A DNA stretch of 32,000 bases. It comes from Vibrio vulnificus CMCP6 (GTDB lineage Bacteria; Pseudomonadota; Gammaproteobacteria; Enterobacterales; Vibrionaceae). The stretch is from NCBI RefSeq assembly GCF_000039765.1, contig NC_004460.2:1020001-1052000 (forward strand), written 5' to 3'. The translations under genes were made by a program, and so were the position numbers. Position 1 is the stretch's first letter; every line of letters begins with the position of its first letter. This document shows, piece after piece, positions 29,239 through 32,000 of this stretch. The notes below the pieces were generated by a model that worked only from the letters and a program-made list of their open reading frames with translations, had not been told where the DNA came from and did not search any database.

Positions 29239-30225
29239 ATGAAAATCGCCATTCTCGACGACTACCAAGATCAAGTTCGTCAGCTTGAGTGCTTTGCCGC
29301 ACTCGCTCCCTTTGAGGTAACCGTGTTTCACCACACTGAAACTGATGAGGCCATCCTCGCCAGCGCGCTAACTGAATTTGATGCCTTGGTGTTGATCCGT
29401 GAGCGCACAGCCATCACCGCTTCCCTCTTAGCGAAGCTGCCAAACTTAAAACTCATTAGCCAAACAGGGAAAATCAGTAATCATTTGGATCTTCACGCGT
29501 GCAATCATGCCAACGTTGCGGTGGCAGAAGGCGTGGGCTCGCCAATTGCTCCGTCAGAGCTTTGCTGGGCACTGATCATGGCTGCAAGCCGAGAGATAGT
29601 CAGCTACGCGCAGCAGTTGCAGCAAGGTGAATGGCAACAAAATCAAACGCACCGTTTAGGTCGAACGCTGCATGGTCAAACCATCGGCATTTGGGGATAT
29701 GGCAAAATCGGCCAACGTATCGCGGGCTATGCCAAAGCCTTTGGTCTTCAAGTGATGGTTTGGGGCAGTGAGTCCTCACGTCGCCAAGCGCAAGAGGATG
29801 GCTTTCTCGCCGCTGACAGCAAAGAAGCGTTTTTCCAACAGTGTGATATTGTCTCTCTGCATTTGCGGCTCAACGCGGCAACACACGCCATTGTCAAAGC
29901 TTCCGATTTGGCCGCGATGAAACCGGGCAGTTTGTTTGTTAACATCAGCCGAGCCGAGTTAGTGGAAGCGGGTGCTCTGTTTCAAGAGATGCAGCTCCGC
30001 TCAGACAAGTTCGCGGCCATCGACGTCTATCATCATGAACCCGCGACAATGGCGCAAGAACCGATTCTGACCTTGCCCAACGTATTGTGCACGCCGCACA
30101 TCGGCTACGTAGAACAAAACAGTTATGAACTATACTTCCGCTATGCGTTCGACAATATTGTGGCGTTTGCTCATGGCCAAGCGCAAAATATCGTCAATCC
30201 AGAAGTGTTGTCCCGCACGGAGTGA
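29239..30225 (+). CDS. D-isomer specific 2-hydroxyacid dehydrogenase family protein
   Basis: LIRERTAITASLLAKLPNLKLISQTGK, TIGIWGYGKIGQRIAGYAKAFGLQVMVWG, NISRAELVEAGAL, HHEPATMAQEPILTLPNVLCTPHIGY. Confidence 0.94.
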   Translation: MKIAILDDYQDQVRQLECFAALAPFEVTVFHHTETDEAILASALTEFDALVLIRERTAITASLLAKLPNLKLISQTGKISNHLDLHACNHANVAVAEGVGSPIAPSELCWALIMAASREIVSYAQQLQQGEWQQNQTHRLGRTLHGQTIGIWGYGKIGQRIAGYAKAFGLQVMVWGSESSRRQAQEDGFLAADSKEAFFQQCDIVSLHLRLNAATHAIVKASDLAAMKPGSLFVNISRAELVEAGALFQEMQLRSDKFAAIDVYHHEPATMAQEPILTLPNVLCTPHIGYVEQNSYELYFRYAFDNIVAFAHGQAQNIVNPEVLSRTE

Positions 30226-30328
30226 CGTTACCACTAACGTCTGTTGGCCATGTGTAAGGTCTGTTGGCCATATGGCAGACAGAGCTCGATCACCTGCAAG
30301 CACAGACCAACCCTTTAGAGGAAACTCA

Positions 30329-30577
30329 ATGATCAGTTGCAATCAATATGACTATTTGGAAATCGCTTGTCTCTACCGTATCGGGGTTTGCCTCACGTTA
30401 AAAGACGGCAGCGAGATCTCTGGCGTGCCAGTCAACACTGGTTTTAATGAACATAAGCAGGAGTGCTTGGAAGTCGAGACGGGAGGAGATGCACTGTGGG
30501 TACCGACCGACATGATTTTAACCATGCAAGCGCTAACAGAAAATCCTCATTTTACTAAGATTGAGTTTGAGCAATAG
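30329..30577 (+). CDS. rof: Rof-like Rho-binding antiterminator
   Basis: MISCNQYDYLEIACLYRIGVCLTLKDGSEISGVPVNTGFNEHKQECLEV...WVPTDMILTMQAL: Rof pattern. Short ATG at 30329 preceded by gaggaaact. Confidence 0.85.
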   Translation: MISCNQYDYLEIACLYRIGVCLTLKDGSEISGVPVNTGFNEHKQECLEVETGGDALWVPTDMILTMQALTENPHFTKIEFEQ

Positions 30578-30668
30578 CGGTCATTGATGTCACTTTGAAA
30601 TTCGCCCTCTTACGCACGAGGAGCAACAAAACTTTTTTCTAGACCCGCCCATAGAAAAACAAAAAAAC

Positions 30669-30699
30669 AAAGGGGTTAGAGTCGCTTCTAGACCCCTTA
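30669..30699 (+). terminator. Imperfect hairpin downstream of rof
   Basis: aaggggt(t)aga...tctagacccctt with one bulge, followed by attttg. Confidence 0.5.
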
Positions 30700-30803
30700 T
30701 TTTGGCGATTTAAGCCACTTGTAAGTCTTTGTTTTTAAACAAGCTATTTTTGTGGATTTTCAATAACTTAAGATGATAGCCTTGGCTCAACTAAGGAGTT
30801 GAT

Positions 30804-31460
30804 ATGAAGTACCAAGGGCAACACTTCCATCGCGAAGATTTCTCAAACCAAGATTTGCAGCAAGCCATTTTTGACCACTGCCATTTCATTGAGTGCAACT
30901 TTGATCGAGCCGATCTCACCGACAGCCAGTTTATCCATTGTCGTTTTATCGAAGCGTCATCCATAGAAGGATGCAGTTTCCGCTACACCAAACTGCGAGA
31001 GGCCAGTTTTAAGCACTGTATGATGGCAATGGCTCAATTTACTGGCGCAGACTGTTTCGGCATTGAGTTTCGCGAATGCGATTTAAAGGGCTCCAATTTC
31101 AGCCAAGCCAACTTCTCGAATCGCATTAGTCATAAAGCCTATTTTTGCTCCGCCTACATCACTGGCTGCAACTTGAATTACAGTAATTTTGAACGCGCCA
31201 TGTTAGAAAAGTGTGATCTGTTTGAAAATCGCTGGCGAGGCGCCAATCTTTCGGGTGCCAGTCTCAAAGGCTCTGATTTATCACGAGGCGAATTTTCCCC
31301 AGAGCAATGGGGCAGCTTCATTGTTGAAGAGTGTGACTTAACCCATATCGAACTCGATGGGCTGGATGTTCGCCGCGTGTCACTGCACGGTGCGAAGATA
31401 TGTGACTGGCAACAAGCTCAGCTGTTGGAGTCGTTTGGCCTGATTGTGGTACCTGGCTGA
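30804..31460 (+). CDS. qnr: Qnr family pentapeptide-repeat quinolone-resistance protein
   Basis: 218 aa of pentapeptide repeats with Qnr-diagnostic segments: FIEASSIEGCSF, ADCFGIEFRECDLKGSNFSQANF, YFCSAYITGCNLNYSNFERAMLEKCDLFENRWRGANLSGASLKGSDLSRGEFS. Confidence 0.94.
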   Translation: MKYQGQHFHREDFSNQDLQQAIFDHCHFIECNFDRADLTDSQFIHCRFIEASSIEGCSFRYTKLREASFKHCMMAMAQFTGADCFGIEFRECDLKGSNFSQANFSNRISHKAYFCSAYITGCNLNYSNFERAMLEKCDLFENRWRGANLSGASLKGSDLSRGEFSPEQWGSFIVEECDLTHIELDGLDVRRVSLHGAKICDWQQAQLLESFGLIVVPG

Positions 31461-31488
31461 TTATCCCTTGACAATGAAGGAGCAACCG

Positions 31489-31806
31489 ATGATACAAAAT
31501 CTCTTCGACAACTTACCGAGCTCGTTAGACCAAGAACAATTTGATGACATACTCAAGCTGGATAATGTGCGTATTGAACGCATTGTGTCCCACGGACATC
31601 ATTCCCCAGAAACCGGCTGGTATGATCAAGAGGAACATGAATGGGTCGTGATTTTACAAGGTGAAGGGGAGATTGAGTTCGAAGCTGGGAATATCGTGCA
31701 CTTAACCAAAGGGGAGCATCTTTTTATTCCGGCCCATCAAAAACACAAAGTTCGCTGGACAACGCCCAGCGAACAAACCATTTGGTTGGCGGTGTTTTTT
31801 TCATAA
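31489..31806 (+). CDS. Cupin domain protein
   Basis: HEWVVILQGEGEIEFEAGNIVHLTKGEHLFIPAHQKHKV: both cupin motifs. Start at 31489. Confidence 0.9.
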   Translation: MIQNLFDNLPSSLDQEQFDDILKLDNVRIERIVSHGHHSPETGWYDQEEHEWVVILQGEGEIEFEAGNIVHLTKGEHLFIPAHQKHKVRWTTPSEQTIWLAVFFS

Positions 31807-31855
31807 ACGGGCTTTCTTATAAACGGGCTTTCTTATAAACGGGCTTTCTCATAAA
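31802..31855 (+). repeat. Three tandem 16-bp units (c/t)ataaacgggctttct plus a partial fourth
   Basis: 31802-31817, 31818-31833 and 31834-31849 identical except for the first base, followed by cataaac. Confidence 0.95.
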
Positions 31856-31875
31856 CAGAATGCCTCCACGAACAG

Positions 31876-31924
31876 CCCCCTTTTGCCAGCTCGGTTCACT
31901 CGCCGCACCACTGGCAAAAGGGGG
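31876..31924. terminator. Long-arm inverted repeat between convergent cupin gene and the minus-strand gene at the right edge
   Basis: Perfect 14-bp arms cccccttttgccag / ctggcaaaaggggg separated by 21 nt. Confidence 0.5.
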
Positions 31925-31930
31925 ATTCGG

Positions 31931-31999
31931 TTAGGTACGAATATGTTTAATAACACCGTTGAGATCGTCAACGTTACGTTGCAGATCGACGACAATTGG
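31931..31999 (-). CDS. C-terminal fragment of a gene running off the right edge
   Basis: The minus strand reads ...PIVVDLQRNVDDLNGVIKHIRT then stop (tta at 31931-31933). Too short to assign. Confidence 0.4.
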   Translation of the reverse strand, partial: PIVVDLQRNVDDLNGVIKHIRT

Positions 32000-32000
32000 A

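Noticed and set aside
30125-30328. N-terminal extension of the rof ORF
   Set aside because: The extension overlaps the end of the dehydrogenase gene and the direct-repeat leader. The Rof-like part begins at ATG 30329 behind a good ribosome-binding site.

Overview
This 32 kb window looks like a gamma-proteobacterial, probably Vibrio, chromosome segment. The Vibrio-type thermolysin-family elastase, chromosomal Qnr protein and NqrM-like protein point to V. vulnificus or a close relative. It is mostly ordinary accessory metabolism, transport and regulation: a partial EF-G-like gene, a compact DUF134/NifX-like/NqrM-like operon, di-haem cytochrome c peroxidase, GlpM family protein, a tannase/feruloyl-esterase family lipoprotein, three LysR/AraC regulators, one MFS and two EamA transporters, an acyltransferase, Fpr, thioesterase, nitroreductase, a DEAD-box helicase, several alpha/beta hydrolases, transglutaminase-like protein, DUF924 protein, elastase (vvpE-like), D-2-hydroxyacid dehydrogenase, Rof, Qnr, and a cupin. 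I found no CRISPR array, rRNA, tRNA, transposase, integrase, prophage, or recognisable defence or secretion system. The places most worth a second look are: an uncharacterised RhlA-like hydrolase facing an unusual regulator-like protein, next to a long unexplained intergenic region; the DUF134/NifX/NqrM operon; a duplicated 18-bp promoter-region element; an AT-rich acyltransferase islet; and palindromes upstream of the peroxidase and elastase genes. I do not see convincing evidence of a wholly new multi-gene system. All family assignments come from reading the supplied translations, with no database search.
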